The position numbers and the translations under genes were made by a program. Shown in pieces: positions 1 to 13,190 of a DNA stretch of 64,000 nucleotides (position 1 is its first letter; each line of letters starts with the position of its first letter). The notes under the pieces were generated by a model. It made no database searches, was not told where the DNA came from, and was given only the letters and a program-made list of their open reading frames with translations. The stretch comes from Lepidodermella squamata. Its lineage: Eukaryota > Animalia > Gastrotricha. Where the stretch lies: the NCBI GenBank assembly GCA_047495785.1, contig JBLDXI010000046.1, positions 868,001-932,000 on the forward strand, given 5' to 3'.

Positions 1-394
1 CGTGGGGCCCAAAATAACAAAATGCGTCAAAAATGTAGAAGATATTGAAAGATTTCACAACTTTTCATATGATGGATAATAAGACTCGATTTTGGTAAAA
101 ACCTCGATCGTAATAGAAAATACGGTAAATTTCACGCCAGCAGAAGTTTCAGTCTTGAAAGCTTAATCTAGCACTGTATCCTGTATCCTCGAGTTTAGTT
201 TTGAGAAAATTCAAATCGGTAGGAGTAATCCGAATATATGAATACCAAAAAGGATGAATTTTATTTTTCCTCACCAGGGTTTGACCGGGTCTCACCGTTT
301 TTACCCGGTCGACGCCCCTGAAATTCAAATGAATACTATGGTCGGATGGTGACGCGTGGTGGTGAGGCTTTTCTTATTTGATTACCATTATCAG

Positions 395-1324
395 TTGCTT
401 ACTTCGACAATACAGGGAAAGCACGCGGTACTTGTCGACCCAGGTCAGCGTTTTGTTTCGGTGTATAATAGTTGACAAGTAGTGTGGGTCGAGAGGTTCG
501 ATTGTTCGATTGTTATTAGAAGTAAATTAATAACAAATCCAAGTGCGTGACCAATTTCATTAGCTATCAACCCGACATCCTGTAATGATATGTAAAAAAT
601 TTAAAAGTTTTGATGAAAAGTACCGAAATTAGTGCCTTACTTTTGCGCACGCATCCGTGATCAAAACAAGTTGAGCGTAATCTTCCACCATGCTAATTTT
701 CGACCAACAATCGCCGCTGAAAAACATGAAAAATACGAATCGGTCACTCCGCGACGTCTCTTAATGAATAAACGTGTGAAAAGTCGAAAATTCGAAAATA
801 TAACGGCATAGTACCTTGTGCCTCTTGTGAAGGTCAATGCATTGCCATCCAGTGGAGGCGTGTAGACTTGTTCGAACGTGACACAAATCGGATCAGACCA
901 CATTTTCAGGGCGGCGAGAACATTCCCATTGGCAGCAGAATCATTTTCTATGATAAAAAATAACAACCAGTAAAGATTAGGAACACGCGGATTATGTACA
1001 ATAATTTACCTAATTTCGCTGTAATGTAAAACCTTATTGGCAGTGTCCATTTTGTAGCGATGCCGGATGACTTCAAGTTGGGAACTTCGTCGTTGTATTG
1101 CTGAACACAAAAAATCCAGTGTTAGAGTATAGGCAACACCAGAAAAATTTAAGCAACTAACCTTTGCGAGCCACTTCTCCCTAAGTTTTTAAGCTGGTCA
1201 CAAGGCAAGTGAGTGAGTTTTCATAATTTCTAGTCATTAAATCTTATACCTCGGTATCATCAGGCTTCTCATCCGCCACGCATTTGCCAGCGCCTACAAG
1301 GAAAATTAACGGCAATAGCCACAT
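395..1324 (-). pseudogene. Decayed astacin metalloprotease paralog
   Basis: Exons are homologous to the gene at 4976-7184 (MWLLPLIFLVGAG..., NVLAALKMWSDP, WVDKYRVLSLYC). Exon 2 is shortened to 32 nt (frameshift), HEIGH is mutated to NEIGH, and the segment from HALGF through the Met-turn is deleted. Confidence 0.85.
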
Positions 1325-2239
1325 TTCCTAGAGAGTAACAGCTTCAGAATGTTGTTACAAGTGCTAGAATGGGATATTTCAAATCTCAGAGCTATTAGGT
1401 TATAACCGAGGTCAATACGTCTTATTGTCTGTGTTCTGATTCTGATACATCGAAAATCGAGAAATACATAGCAAGAGAAACCGAGGTGCAATGAAAACAA
1501 AGACAATAAAATAAATCAGTCATGAAGCCATTCAGGCATGAAACCCGAGGGTGAATTGAGGCCAAGTATTCATTAACGGTAAAAATAAAACTTTCACAAA
1601 AAAGTAAAATCAAATGGTTTGAATGAAACGAATCTTTGCTTTTAAAAAATTTTGCTGATAAAATCGCGTGACTTGAAACGCGTGTTGTAGAAGTACGTGA
1701 AACACGTTTTTGAAAATATGAATGGAGCGTTTCAAGAGATGGTCTACTTCTGATCGAACTGGCCTAGAACACATGCTTTTCTATTTAGTCTCTAGTTATT
1801 TATTTATTTAGTCGTTTAATTAAAGGCTGTGACGGCAGCTTGAAATGGTTTAGGAAAAGTAACGTTTCGTCGTGTAATCACCATCCGAAAGTGAAATCAC
1901 CATCCGAAATCGAAATTCAAATTTTTACCGTTCTTGACTCAGTTTTTCGCGCTAGTCAATAATCTGAAACATGAATAATTAAATTCGTCCGGACTCATAT
2001 AAGTCCCACCCCCACTTGAGTGGATTTTATTCGCAAAAGCTCAACCACTGCCCCTCGCCAGTGGTGGCAACAAGTCGAGGATGTCGTTGCAGATTCTGAC
2101 CTTCGTGCTTCCCATGTGATCCGCGTGCCCGCTCTCGGCGAGTTTTCTGTCAGTCAAAGGATGCTCGCTGATGCTGTCAGCCGTTTGAAGTCCTTCAAGG
2201 CCCCTGGCTTGGATGGTATTCAAAACATCTACCTGAAGT

Positions 2240-3210
2240 CATGAGACGTACTATAGGACGCCGTAGCTTCGAAGCTCCCATTACATGACCCCGCGGTTGC
2301 CACCCACTGTGCATAATTATTATGTGCATAAGATTTAATTTTTAGTCCAGTGATTTCGAAATTGAAAAAATTTTAATTTATAAAATTTTGATTTTTTAAA
2401 TGTCAATAATCAAAAACTGCTGAGAATTCATTTACAGCGAAAGATCGGCCAGACGCTGTGTAAAGATGTGTTGATCTCGTTGATCTTAAGCAAAAAAAGA
2501 GGCTTGAGATTGTTGGGGCCCGAGCCCGATTTCGGCCCGTATGCGACCGGGTAACAGCACTTTACCACTCCGCGCTCGGGCCAGTCTATAACGTGCCTGT
2601 ATGCGACGTTTACTGTAAATTTAACAAATTTGAAAGAATCACGCTTCATCGCACACGGGCCGGCCAAGGTGTTAGCCCGAGCACGGCGGAGAATAATGGG
2701 AACCAGTGCTATTGTTAGGCACTTGCGCGCGCCGTACCCGGGCCGCCGAGTTCGGGCCGGGACTTGATACAGTTATCGGGTCGGGCTTGGTTGTAGGATG
2801 ACCGAAGCCCGGCTACCCAAGCCCGACGGCTCGATTCCAGACGCCCGAGCCCGGCGGCCCGAGTGCGGCGCTGAGCAATAGCGCTGGTTGCTATTGTTCT
2901 CCGCCGTGCTCGGGCAAACACCTTGGCCGGCCCGTGTGCGGTGAAGCGTGATTCTTTCGAATTTACAGTAAACGTCGCATACGCGCATGTTTTAAAGCGG
3001 CCAGAGCGCGGAGCGGCAAATCGTTCTTCCCGTCTGCGTACGGGCCGGCCCAAACGCGGACGGGCAGAATTCGGACTCGGGCCCCAACAAGATGATTGCA
3101 AAACGTGTGATGAGATGATTCATTGGTCGAGTTGGACTTTGGACCTCATTAAAAATATCACGCTTTTTCTGATTCTCAGCAAGCCGCGGCGTCCTATAGT
3201 ACGTCTCATG
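2240..3210. mobile_element. Non-autonomous DNA transposon with 8-bp TSD (P-element- or hAT-like)
   Basis: Perfect 24-bp TIR CATGAGACGTACTATAGGACGCCG (2240-2263 / 3187-3210); TSD CCTGAAGT at 2232-2239 and 3211-3218. Confidence 0.9.
2511..3089. mobile_element. Palindromic MITE with TG...CA ends and 4-bp TSD (Ginger-like), nested in the previous element
   Basis: Termini TGTTGGGGCCCGAG / CTCGGGCCCCAACA; TSD AGAT at 2507-2510 and 3090-3093; the two halves are imperfect inverted copies over nearly the whole 579 bp. Confidence 0.8.
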
Positions 3211-3737
3211 CCTGAAGTGGGATGGCCCTGTCCTGCAAGCCCACCTTCGTCGGCTGTCTCTTGGCAGTCGCTACCTGCCTCAAGCGTGGAAAGAAGCTGA
3301 GATGCATTTCAGCGGCCCCTGGATCGCATCGCCATCTCGCGTATTTATTAGTGTCAGTTGTAAGGTGAAAGAGTATCAGCACTCAATAATCCGCAAAACA
3401 GGTTACAGTACTCGACTGGCACGCATTTGTAATTCAAGAAGACAGAAAAATCAATTCCGTATAGCGTCATGGAGTCTAATTAAATCTGATGTTAGTTATG
3501 GGATTTTATTGTGAAAAAACACTTGTATCTTGAAATTTTGATTTGAATGCAAAATAGCAAAATCGATCTGATTTGATTTAGAATTTAGAGCAAAATTTTA
3601 AATAAATCAAACAAAATCAAATAATGGGGTCATAGGACAGTCTCAATTAGCGCCAGAACTCTTAATTTAGTGCCGTATCCTCAAGTTTAGTTTTGCGAAA
3701 ATTCAAATTCATAAATGTTCTCATTTGTTGAGTGGCT

Positions 3738-3885
3738 TACTTGGACAATACAGGGAAAGCACACGGTACTTGTCGACCCAGGTAAGCGTTTTGCTTCCAG
3801 GGATTGTGTAAAAATAGCGTGGGTCGAGAGGTTCGATGGTGCGCTCTTCGTTTTTGCTTAGATACGCAGGGCTGGGATGCATTCT
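3738..3885 (-). pseudogene. Isolated astacin Met-turn exon fragment of a third paralog
   Basis: MHPSPAYLSKNEERTIEPLDPRYFYTIPGSKTLTWVDKYRVLSLYCP followed by the homologous intron; no upstream exons. Confidence 0.8.
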
Positions 3886-4975
3886 GAATGAAGATGAGTT
3901 GTTGGGTCTTGTCGAAAGCGGCGTAATCTCGAACGACGAACTACAGCGCATGGCGGCCATAACCCCGAAAGTAATTGAGGATGATCCTAGAGAAAACTTG
4001 AGTACCGGCAAATTTGCTGAGTCGCTATGTACACAGTTAAGGAGTACCCAAGACAAACTGAACAAACCTTCAGAATTACTCGATAATTGCGTTTTTTAAT
4101 GTTCATACGTCGCATTTACACGAGCTACTTCGTAATTATCGATGTTAATTACTTCGGTTGTTACATCATCATTTTGACTTTAACTCGAGTGCGCGCTGTT
4201 TTTATTTTGTGTGAAATTTTTGGGAAAACAGCCAGTACGTTATGAAGCACTCGTAAACCAATGCGAACCTCTTTTATGGTGAAACTAAGAGTCGATTTCT
4301 TCGAAGTAGAATTATCTGTCTTTTTCTGTGAACTTCCACTTATCTATAAATTGTAAATATATATCTGAAGCTACTTATACCATATGTTAATCTAGAATAC
4401 CTTTTGTTCTTCCCCGTTCCACAAAAAATATAAAGAAAGAAACTACAATTGTAAATATGCTTGGTGCCCTCGGGCTGGCAGAAGAATAAACTTGAACGGA
4501 TTCTTTAATAAAACAAGAAAATTGAAAAAATTGATGGGACTTGAACCCCGTCCTCATGATGAACAGGCCTGATAATAGCAACTGCGCCATGTTGTAGTCA
4601 TATTTAATTAGGCCAATATATAGCTGCAACATAGCTAAGGCCTATGCTTCTGAGATCCTTTTCAGCGGCCAATGGATCGCATCGCCCCGTCGATTATTTA
4701 ATAGTGTTAGTTGTAAAAAGTATCAGCACTCAGTAATCCGCAATACGACAGAGCTACTAGACTTCAATATTAACCGATGATTTATTTCCGAACATTTAGC
4801 CGAATTATTGTTAAACCGAAATAGAAGTTCAAGTCAAGTGACTTGATCCAAAATTATACTAATCATCACAATTGGCTGTGGAATACTTTGTTTTGCGACT
4901 GAGATATTCACGTTATTATAAATATTCGTAATGACAGAATTAGTTCACCGGGATCAGACAAGCTTTTGAATGAAT

Positions 4976-7184
4976 TCACGAATTAAGGCAAACAGGCAGA
5001 GGACCGCAAGGCTCTGCCGTTCCCGATACCGGGCAGAAAGCAGAGGACATAGCTGCTTCAGGATTGCGGCAATAATTGGAAGCAGCCTCAAGTGAAGCTT
5101 CCGGAAATTTGATCGCGTTGAATGTCCCTTGATTAATCCATGGATCGCAAGTTGCCCCGGTCTCAGCAGCCTGCTCTTTGCCTTCGTAATCGTAGTTGCT
5201 CGGCGTGAAGGAACAGGTCTTGGGAAGCTCGTTTCCATGCTGGCCATTACACATGGCACGGACGTAGACTTTGACGGTCGGCCATGTATCGGCAGTATTT
5301 TTCACCAGCCTCACGAGAGCGGCATAGTGACCATTCTTGAAGACGCGACCAGCTGTTATCCCGCAACGGCAAGCCCTTCGATTGTCAAATATGAGGAGAA
5401 ACACATCAGATCATTTAATGCTACTCACCTTGGACCAGATGTATAAAAGAGATATGAGTCGCCACTAATGAAATCGATGAAATCACCATTGTCACAGGAT
5501 TCATCTGAAGCAAATCGTGTGATTTAAAAATGTGGCTGAAATAATGTATTCAACTAACTATCACCGCAGGCCTGGTCGGTTTTCATGGGAGGCGAATCGA
5601 AAGCCATAACATATCCGCCATCTTCTTGCTGGAATAAAAAATTGCCTAAATAATCATACTGGTAAAAATGATGATCAATACAAACCATATAAACCCAATA
5701 GTGGCAAGTCGTCCCTGCCGGGACGTTGCCAGGGATTTCAAAGGAGCCATTCTGGCACCCGGTCACGTAGATGACATTTTGACCACAAGCTGGATCAGTC
5801 GTGTATATTTGCTGGTCGCACGCCGCGCCAAACGTGCCCGGTACGCAGATGCAACGATCGCAATTATTCGGATCAAATACGCCGTGGATACACCTCACAG
5901 TACTTGACTGACACGCACCTAATTCAAGAACACAACAATATCGATTGCATCAAATCAGAAAGATCCTCAATTTTAGGTTTGCGAAAATTCAAACCCATGG
6001 TCATTAAAATTGAGGAATTAGTTTACTTGGACAATACAGGGAAAGCACACGGTACTTGTCGACCCAGGTCAGCGTCTTGTTTCGCGTGATAGTTGACAAG
6101 TAATGCGGATCTAGAGGTTCTATGGTGCGCTGTTCGTTTTTGCTTAGATACGTAGGGCTCGGATGCATGATTGAGGCAAAATCGTAATCAGTATCGCTCC
6201 TTTTATCATCCGATGAGATGGCAAAACTGGCAGCGCGACCACTGAAAAATATCAATACATTTTTGGATTTAGAGTAAAATAAGCAGTATGGGCTACGGTG
6301 CAATGTTGTCCGAATTGATCTTGACCCATCTGTCACGGTCACCTCGCTGGTGTTCGTCAGGCTGCGATAGGAATAATTCATTTTCACTGCGCTAAACGCG
6401 TAAATAAATTACAAATCCAAGCGCGTGACCAATTTCATGAGCTATCAATCCGACATCCTGTATTAAAATTAATAAAAATGTATCAATTTCGGTGAGAACC
6501 GAAGCGAGTGTCTTACATTGGCACATGCATCTGTGATTAAAACAAGTTGAGCGCAATCTTCCACCATGCCAATTTTCGACCAACAATCGCCGCTGGAAAA
6601 CATGAAAAATCGGTTACTCAATGACATTCGCGAAAATTCGCATTGAGGCATAGTACCTTGATCCTCTGGTGAAGGTCAAAGCGTTGCCATCCAGTGGTGG
6701 CGTAAAGACCTGTTCGAACGTGACGCAGGTCGGATCAGACCACATTTTCAGGGCGGCGAGTACATTCGCCTTAGCAACATCATCCTTTTCTACAATAAAT
6801 AACAGCCAGTAAAAACATGAACGAATAGCGTTAAAAGATTACCCAGTTTCGCTGCAATGTAAAACCTTATTGGCAGTGTCCATTTTGTAACAGCACCAGG
6901 TGACATCAACTGTGGAGCTTCGTCGCTGTACTGCTGCTACACATGAAGAATTCAGCGTCAGTAATATGAGCAACCAGAAATAAACGAAACCAAAACCTTA
7001 GCAAGCCACTTCTCTCTACTTTCCAGCAAGGCTTGGCTAATAAGATTCTTAAGCTGTTCACAAGACAAAAATGATGGGGCGATAAAAATTCCTTGCCGTC
7101 AAACTTTACCTGAGTGATATCAGGCTTCTCATCAGCCACGCATATGCCAGCGCCTACCAGGAAAATCAACGGCAATAGCAACAT
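4976..7184 (-). CDS. Secreted astacin-family (M12A) metalloprotease with EGF-like, CUB-like and kringle domains (multi-exon), copy A
   Basis: Signal peptide MLLLPLIFLVGAGICVA; KW..PI.Y, WSDPTCVTF, CWSKIG; spliced zinc motif HEIGHALGF|PDEHQRGDRD (intron 6362-6412); DYDFASIMH; EGF-like CIHGVFDPNNCDRCICVPGTFGAAC; CUB-like region; kringle YEG...TGATCDPW...NYCRNP. Introns are GT-AG, mostly ~50 nt. Confidence 0.9.
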
Positions 7185-7393
7185 TTCCTAAAGCGTGTAA
7201 AGACGTTGTAACGCCGCCTTCCCAGAGCCAGAACGAGATTTGCTAGATTAACACACTGGCTCCTGGGGTTTTTACAACAGTACACTCAGGATTCACCCCC
7301 ACTTTTTCGACTCCGGGCACTTCGCTGATCATTTCTAGCTATACTAAAAATTCCAATTCATCACGGCTATTACGTAATCGTCAAACTTTGACG

Positions 7394-8101
7394 TACGCAC
7401 ATGTGCGTATACAGGACAGAGGAACTGTGTCCATTCGTCGAATTTTTACGCACATGTGCGTGTTCAGTGTATAAGACCCCTCTCTAAATTAGAAACATAC
7501 GCACATGTGCTTATTTGGTACCTTGTTCAAATCGTATTTTTAGACAAATTTGAGAATTTGAAAATTATCGACAATGTCCAATTCAAGGTTATTTCGCTAA
7601 CAAAAGGGTGAATCTTTTCCTTAACTTCATGCTAATTCGCTTCTAAATTAACACCTATAGCTCGGTGAAGTCGGCCAAGTTCGTATTATTGAACTTGGGA
7701 TCGATCAGTACAATAATAATATCGGTGAAGTACCCTGAAAGCGTCACTGATCGGGAAAACTGATCAGAATCGGGCATATTTTTCAAATTGGATGATGATT
7801 GTATTGCTATCAAGAAGTTTGGAAAAGGAGTTTGGAAATGGAATTTGTTGATATTTGTTAGAAAATTCCACCAAGTAAGGAAATTATCGGTTCCGATATC
7901 GATCGGTATCGATTTAGACAAATCTATATCTTCCGAAGCTGATGTAGTGATTGTGACATCGGAATCGGATTCTGCGCCATTGGATTGACTAATCCATGAA
8001 GATTCCGGTCTCCTAGCCCTTATAGCTAGAAACTTCGCGTCCTATGCACACATGAGCATTTAATGAACACTATATCGTTAGCACATACGCACCTGTGCGT
8101 A
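7394..8101. repeat. Insertion upstream of the astacin ATG with repeated palindromic TACGCACATGTGCGTA motifs (probable DNA transposon remnant); second copy at 12048-12755
   Basis: About five copies of the palindrome. The segment is absent from the homologous upstream region of the paralog (1330-1400). Matching termini were not found. Confidence 0.5.
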
Positions 8102-8536
8102 TTCAGTTGCCAATATCTTAACTGAGGTCAACGGTCAACGCCCTAATTGTTCCAGTTTAAGACTTAGAACCGAAAAGCACTGGAATAGAGAGATACAAAG
8201 CCAATAGATAGTTGATGACAAACAAGACGAGAAAATAACAACAAGGCATACGATTGGAGGAAGAGTTGATGCCATTATGGTAGTGATTCAGTAGTGATAA
8301 AATGTCATGAAATAAAATAATATTAAGTTGAATATAATATTAAGTTGAAAAAATAAATAATCAATTGAATTGAATAATATTGAATAAAATTGAAAATAAT
8401 AATGTTGGTCTTGGCTCTTAAAAATCGCTGATACCACCGCGTGCCGAAACGCGTGTTATAGAATTGACGTAAACAAACGTGAAAAATGTTTTCGAAAAAA
8501 TGAATGGAACGTTGAAAAAGCTGTTCTATAATAATA

Positions 8537-9165
8537 CAGGGTGTTCGCGTAGTAATACTCTGGCTATTTTTAGTAAAGAACAAAGTCCAAGATAAAAATA
8601 GGCTAACTAACGACGCAGCGTGGCGCGATTTTTTTGTTTGTTTGCTACGGCCTCAAAATCGGTTATTCAGTCGATTTTTATTTTCCTTTAAAGATGCCCC
8701 GCTATCGACGGTATACAGCTGTTCAACGTGCTGAAATCGTGGAATTGTATTTCACCAATTACAAAAATGCCCATGAAGTTGAAAGAATTTATAAAACGAA
8801 GTATCCGGGCTCGACCATTTCACATCATACAGTTCTCGATCAGGTTAGCAAATTCCGCTGCTTCTACGGGATCGTCAATAAGACCGGGTCCCGGGGGAAC
8901 CATAAGGACAGGCTCAGGTTCAGCAGGTTGAGCTTTTTTAGGACCCATGATTCCAGATCTTCATCTTGCAAAAAATTTCGAGAAACTGAATTAAATTTTC
9001 AGCAGTTTTGAGGGCTTAAATACATCCATCAGATCGGCAGATCGCACGGATCGGTTGAGTCTTGCCAACGTTTTTTTTCATTGATTTTTCCCTGTCACGT
9101 CGATGACTTGACCTCATTAGTGATAACTTCTATTTTGGTCGGAGTATTACTACGCGAAGACCCTG
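8537..9165 (+). mobile_element. Internally deleted Tc1/mariner element (DUF4817-type HTH transposase N-terminus)
   Basis: TA-flanked TIRs CAGGGTGTTCGCGTAGTAATACTC / GAGTATTACTACGCGAAGACCCTG; ORF MPRYRRYTAVQRAEIVELYFTN...TVLDQVSKF. Confidence 0.85.
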
Positions 9166-9629
9166 TAGGTAAAACTGACCAAGAAATGAAGGATCACAGC
9201 AGTTTGTAGCACATGCCACAGAAAGGAGACAAAAGAAAGGCTGGGAAAAGTTTGCTTCGAATGAAAAATATGAAAAATATGGAATATCCTGCAATATTTT
9301 CGTGCAAGAAAGAGTAGGGGGAATTTAGATTTCTCACCCGATAGACGGCGTTTTTCAACAACTCGAACGCGGAACATGCTGTACCACGGCCGTGACCAGT
9401 TGATCACGAACTTCGGCGTGGTTTGCTCGCATTTTGTTTTTGCTTCCTCTTCACCTCAACTTTTTCACCTCAACCTTTGGCTTTGGCTCAAGTGACTTGA
9501 TCCAAAATTATACTAATCATCACAATTGGCTGTGGAATACTTTGTTTTGCGACTGAGATATTCACGTTATTATAAATATTCGTAATGACAGAATTAGTTC
9601 ACCGGGATCAGACAAGCTTTTGAATGAAT

Positions 9630-11838
9630 TCACGAATTAAGGCAAACAGGCAGAGGACCGCAAGGCTCTGCCGTTCCCGATACCGGGCAGAAAGCAGAGG
9701 ACATAGCTGCTTCAGGATTGCGGCAATAATTGGAAGCAGCCTCAAGTGAAGCTTCCGGAAATTTGATCGCGTTGAATGTCCCTTGATTAATCCATGGATC
9801 GCAAGTTGCCCCGGTCTCAGCAGCCTGCTCTTTGCCTTCGTAATCGTAGTTGCTCGGCGTGAAGGAACAGGTCTTGGGAAGCTCGTTTCCATGCTGGCCA
9901 TTACACATGGCACGGACGTAGACTTTGACGGTCGGCCATGTATCGGCAGTATTTTTCACCAGCCTCACGAGAGCGGCATAGTGACCATTCTTGAAGACGC
10001 GACCAGCTGTTATCCCGCAACGGCAAGCCCTTCGATTGTCAAATATGAGGAGAAACACATCAGATCATTTAATGCTACTCACCTTGGACCAGATGTATAA
10101 AAGAGATATGAGTCGCCACTAATGAAATCGATGAAATCACCATTGTCACAGGATTCATCTGAAGCAAATCGTGTGATTTAAAAATGTGGCTGAAATAATG
10201 TATTCAACTAACTATCACCGCAGGCCTGGTCGGTTTTCATGGGAGGCGAATCGAAAGCCATAACATATCCGCCATCTTCTTGCTGGAATAAAAAATTGCC
10301 TAAATAATCATACTGGTAAAAATGATGATCAATACAAACCATATAAACCCAATAGTGGCAAGTCGTCCCTGCCGGGACGTTGCCAGGGATTTCAAAGGAG
10401 CCATTCTGGCACCCGGTCACGTAGATGACATTTTGACCACAAGCTGGATCAGTCGTGTATATTTGCTGGTCGCACGCCGCGCCAAACGTGCCCGGTACGC
10501 AGATGCAACGATCGCAATTATTCGGATCAAATACGCCGTGGATACACCTCACAGTACTTGACTGACACGCACCTAATTCAAGAACACAACAATATCGATT
10601 GCATCAAATCAGAAAGATCCTCAATTTTAGGTTTGCGAAAATTCAAACCCATGGTCATTAAAATTGAGGAATTAGTTTACTTGGACAATACAGGGAAAGC
10701 ACACGGTACTTGTCGACCCAGGTCAGCGTCTTGTTTCGCGTGATAGTTGACAAGTAATGCGGATCTAGAGGTTCTATGGTGCGCTGTTCGTTTTTGCTTA
10801 GATACGTAGGGCTCGGATGCATGATTGAGGCAAAATCGTAATCAGTATCGCTCCTTTTATCATCCGATGAGATGGCAAAACTGGCAGCGCGACCACTGAA
10901 AAATATCAATACATTTTTGGATTTAGAGTAAAATAAGCAGTATGGGCTACGGTGCAATGTTGTCCGAATTGATCTTGACCCATCTGTCACGGTCACCTCG
11001 CTGGTGTTCGTCAGGCTGCGATAGGAATAATTCATTTTCACTGCGCTAAACGCGTAAATAAATTACAAATCCAAGCGCGTGACCAATTTCATGAGCTATC
11101 AATCCGACATCCTGTATTAAAATTAATAAAAATGTATCAATTTCGGTGAGAACCGAAGCGAGTGTCTTACATTGGCACATGCATCTGTGATTAAAACAAG
11201 TTGAGCGCAATCTTCCACCATGCCAATTTTCGACCAACAATCGCCGCTGGAAAACATGAAAAATCGGTTACTCAATGACATTCGCGAAAATTCGCATTGA
11301 GGCATAGTACCTTGATCCTCTGGTGAAGGTCAAAGCGTTGCCATCCAGTGGTGGCGTAAAGACCTGTTCGAACGTGACGCAGGTCGGATCAGACCACATT
11401 TTCAGGGCGGCGAGTACATTCGCCTTAGCAACATCATCCTTTTCTACAATAAATAACAGCCAGTAAAAACATGAACGAATAGCGTTAAAAGATTACCCAG
11501 TTTCGCTGCAATGTAAAACCTTATTGGCAGTGTCCATTTTGTAACAGCACCAGGTGACATCAACTGTGGAGCTTCGTCGCTGTACTGCTGCTACACATGA
11601 AGAATTCAGCGTCAGTAATATGAGCAACCAGAAATAAACGAAACCAAAACCTTAGCAAGCCACTTCTCTCTACTTTCCAGCAAGGCTTGGCTAATAAGAT
11701 TCTTAAGCTGTTCACAAGACAAAAATGATGGGGCGATAAAAATTCCTTGCCGTCAAACTTTACCTGAGTGATATCAGGCTTCTCATCAGCCACGCATATG
11801 CCAGCGCCTACCAGGAAAATCAACGGCAATAGCAACAT
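9630..11838 (-). CDS. Astacin-EGF-CUB-kringle protease, copy B (apparently identical to copy A)
   Basis: Same translated sequence as 4976-7184, shifted by 4654 bp. Confidence 0.9.
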
Positions 11839-13190
11839 TTCCTAAAGCGTGTAAAGACGTTGTAACGCCGCCTTCCCAGAGCCAGAACGAGATTTGCTAG
11901 ATTAACACACTGGCTCCTGGGGTTTTTACAACAGTACACTCAGGATTCACCCCCACTTTTTCGACTCCGGGCACTTCGCTGATCATTTCTAGCTATACTA
12001 AAAATTCCAATTCATCACGGCTATTACGTAATCGTCAAACTTTGACGTACGCACATGTGCGTATACAGGACAGAGGAACTGTGTCCATTCGTCGAATTTT
12101 TACGCACATGTGCGTGTTCAGTGTATAAGACCCCTCTCTAAATTAGAAACATACGCACATGTGCTTATTTGGTACCTTGTTCAAATCGTATTTTTAGACA
12201 AATTTGAGAATTTGAAAATTATCGACAATGTCCAATTCAAGGTTATTTCGCTAACAAAAGGGTGAATCTTTTCCTTAACTTCATGCTAATTCGCTTCTAA
12301 ATTAACACCTATAGCTCGGTGAAGTCGGCCAAGTTCGTATTATTGAACTTGGGATCGATCAGTACAATAATAATATCGGTGAAGTACCCTGAAAGCGTCA
12401 CTGATCGGGAAAACTGATCAGAATCGGGCATATTTTTCAAATTGGATGATGATTGTATTGCTATCAAGAAGTTTGGAAAAGGAGTTTGGAAATGGAATTT
12501 GTTGATATTTGTTAGAAAATTCCACCAAGTAAGGAAATTATCGGTTCCGATATCGATCGGTATCGATTTAGACAAATCTATATCTTCCGAAGCTGATGTA
12601 GTGATTGTGACATCGGAATCGGATTCTGCGCCATTGGATTGACTAATCCATGAAGATTCCGGTCTCCTAGCCCTTATAGCTAGAAACTTCGCGTCCTATG
12701 CACACATGAGCATTTAATGAACACTATATCGTTAGCACATACGCACCTGTGCGTATTCAGTTGCCAATATCTTAACTGAGGTCAACGGTCAACGCCCTAA
12801 TTGTTCCAGTTTAAGACTTAGAACCGAAAAGCACTGGAATAGAGAGATACAAAGCCAATAGATAGTTGATGACAAACAAGACGAGAAAATAACAACAAGG
12901 CATACGATTGGAGGAAGAGTTGATGCCATTATGGTAGTGATTCAGTAGTGATAAAATGTCATGAAATAAAATAATATTAAGTTGAATATAATATTAAGTT
13001 GAAAAAATAAATAATCAATTGAATTGAATAATATTGAATAAAATTGAAAATAATAATGTTGGTCTTGGCTCTTAAAAATCGCTGATACCACCGCGTGCCG
13101 AAACGCGTGTTATAGAATTGACGTAAACAAACGTGAAAAATGTTTTCGAAAAAATGAATGGAACGTTGAAAAAGCTGTTCTATAATAATA

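Larger units (their letters stand above)
2020..3300 (+). mobile_element. Non-LTR retrotransposon RT-proximal fragment (Jockey/I-like), interrupted by a MITE
   Basis: After removing 2240-3210 plus one TSD, RLKSFKAPGLDGIQNIYLK rejoins WDGPVLQAHLRRLSLGSRYLPQAWKEAE. This aligns by eye with ORF2 at 20844 (KNKAPGHDNILNVILKNGGPGLRRHL...YIPAEWK). Confidence 0.8.

Noticed and set aside
217-320. Small hAT-like insertion in the astacin pseudogene intron
   Set aside because: Only one CAGGGG-type end is visible; the flanking AAATTCAAAT duplication is suggestive but insufficient.
2511-3089. Solo LTR (TG...CA, 4-bp TSD)
   Set aside because: The whole element is a fold-back palindrome, which fits a TIR element better; a solo LTR is not fully excluded.
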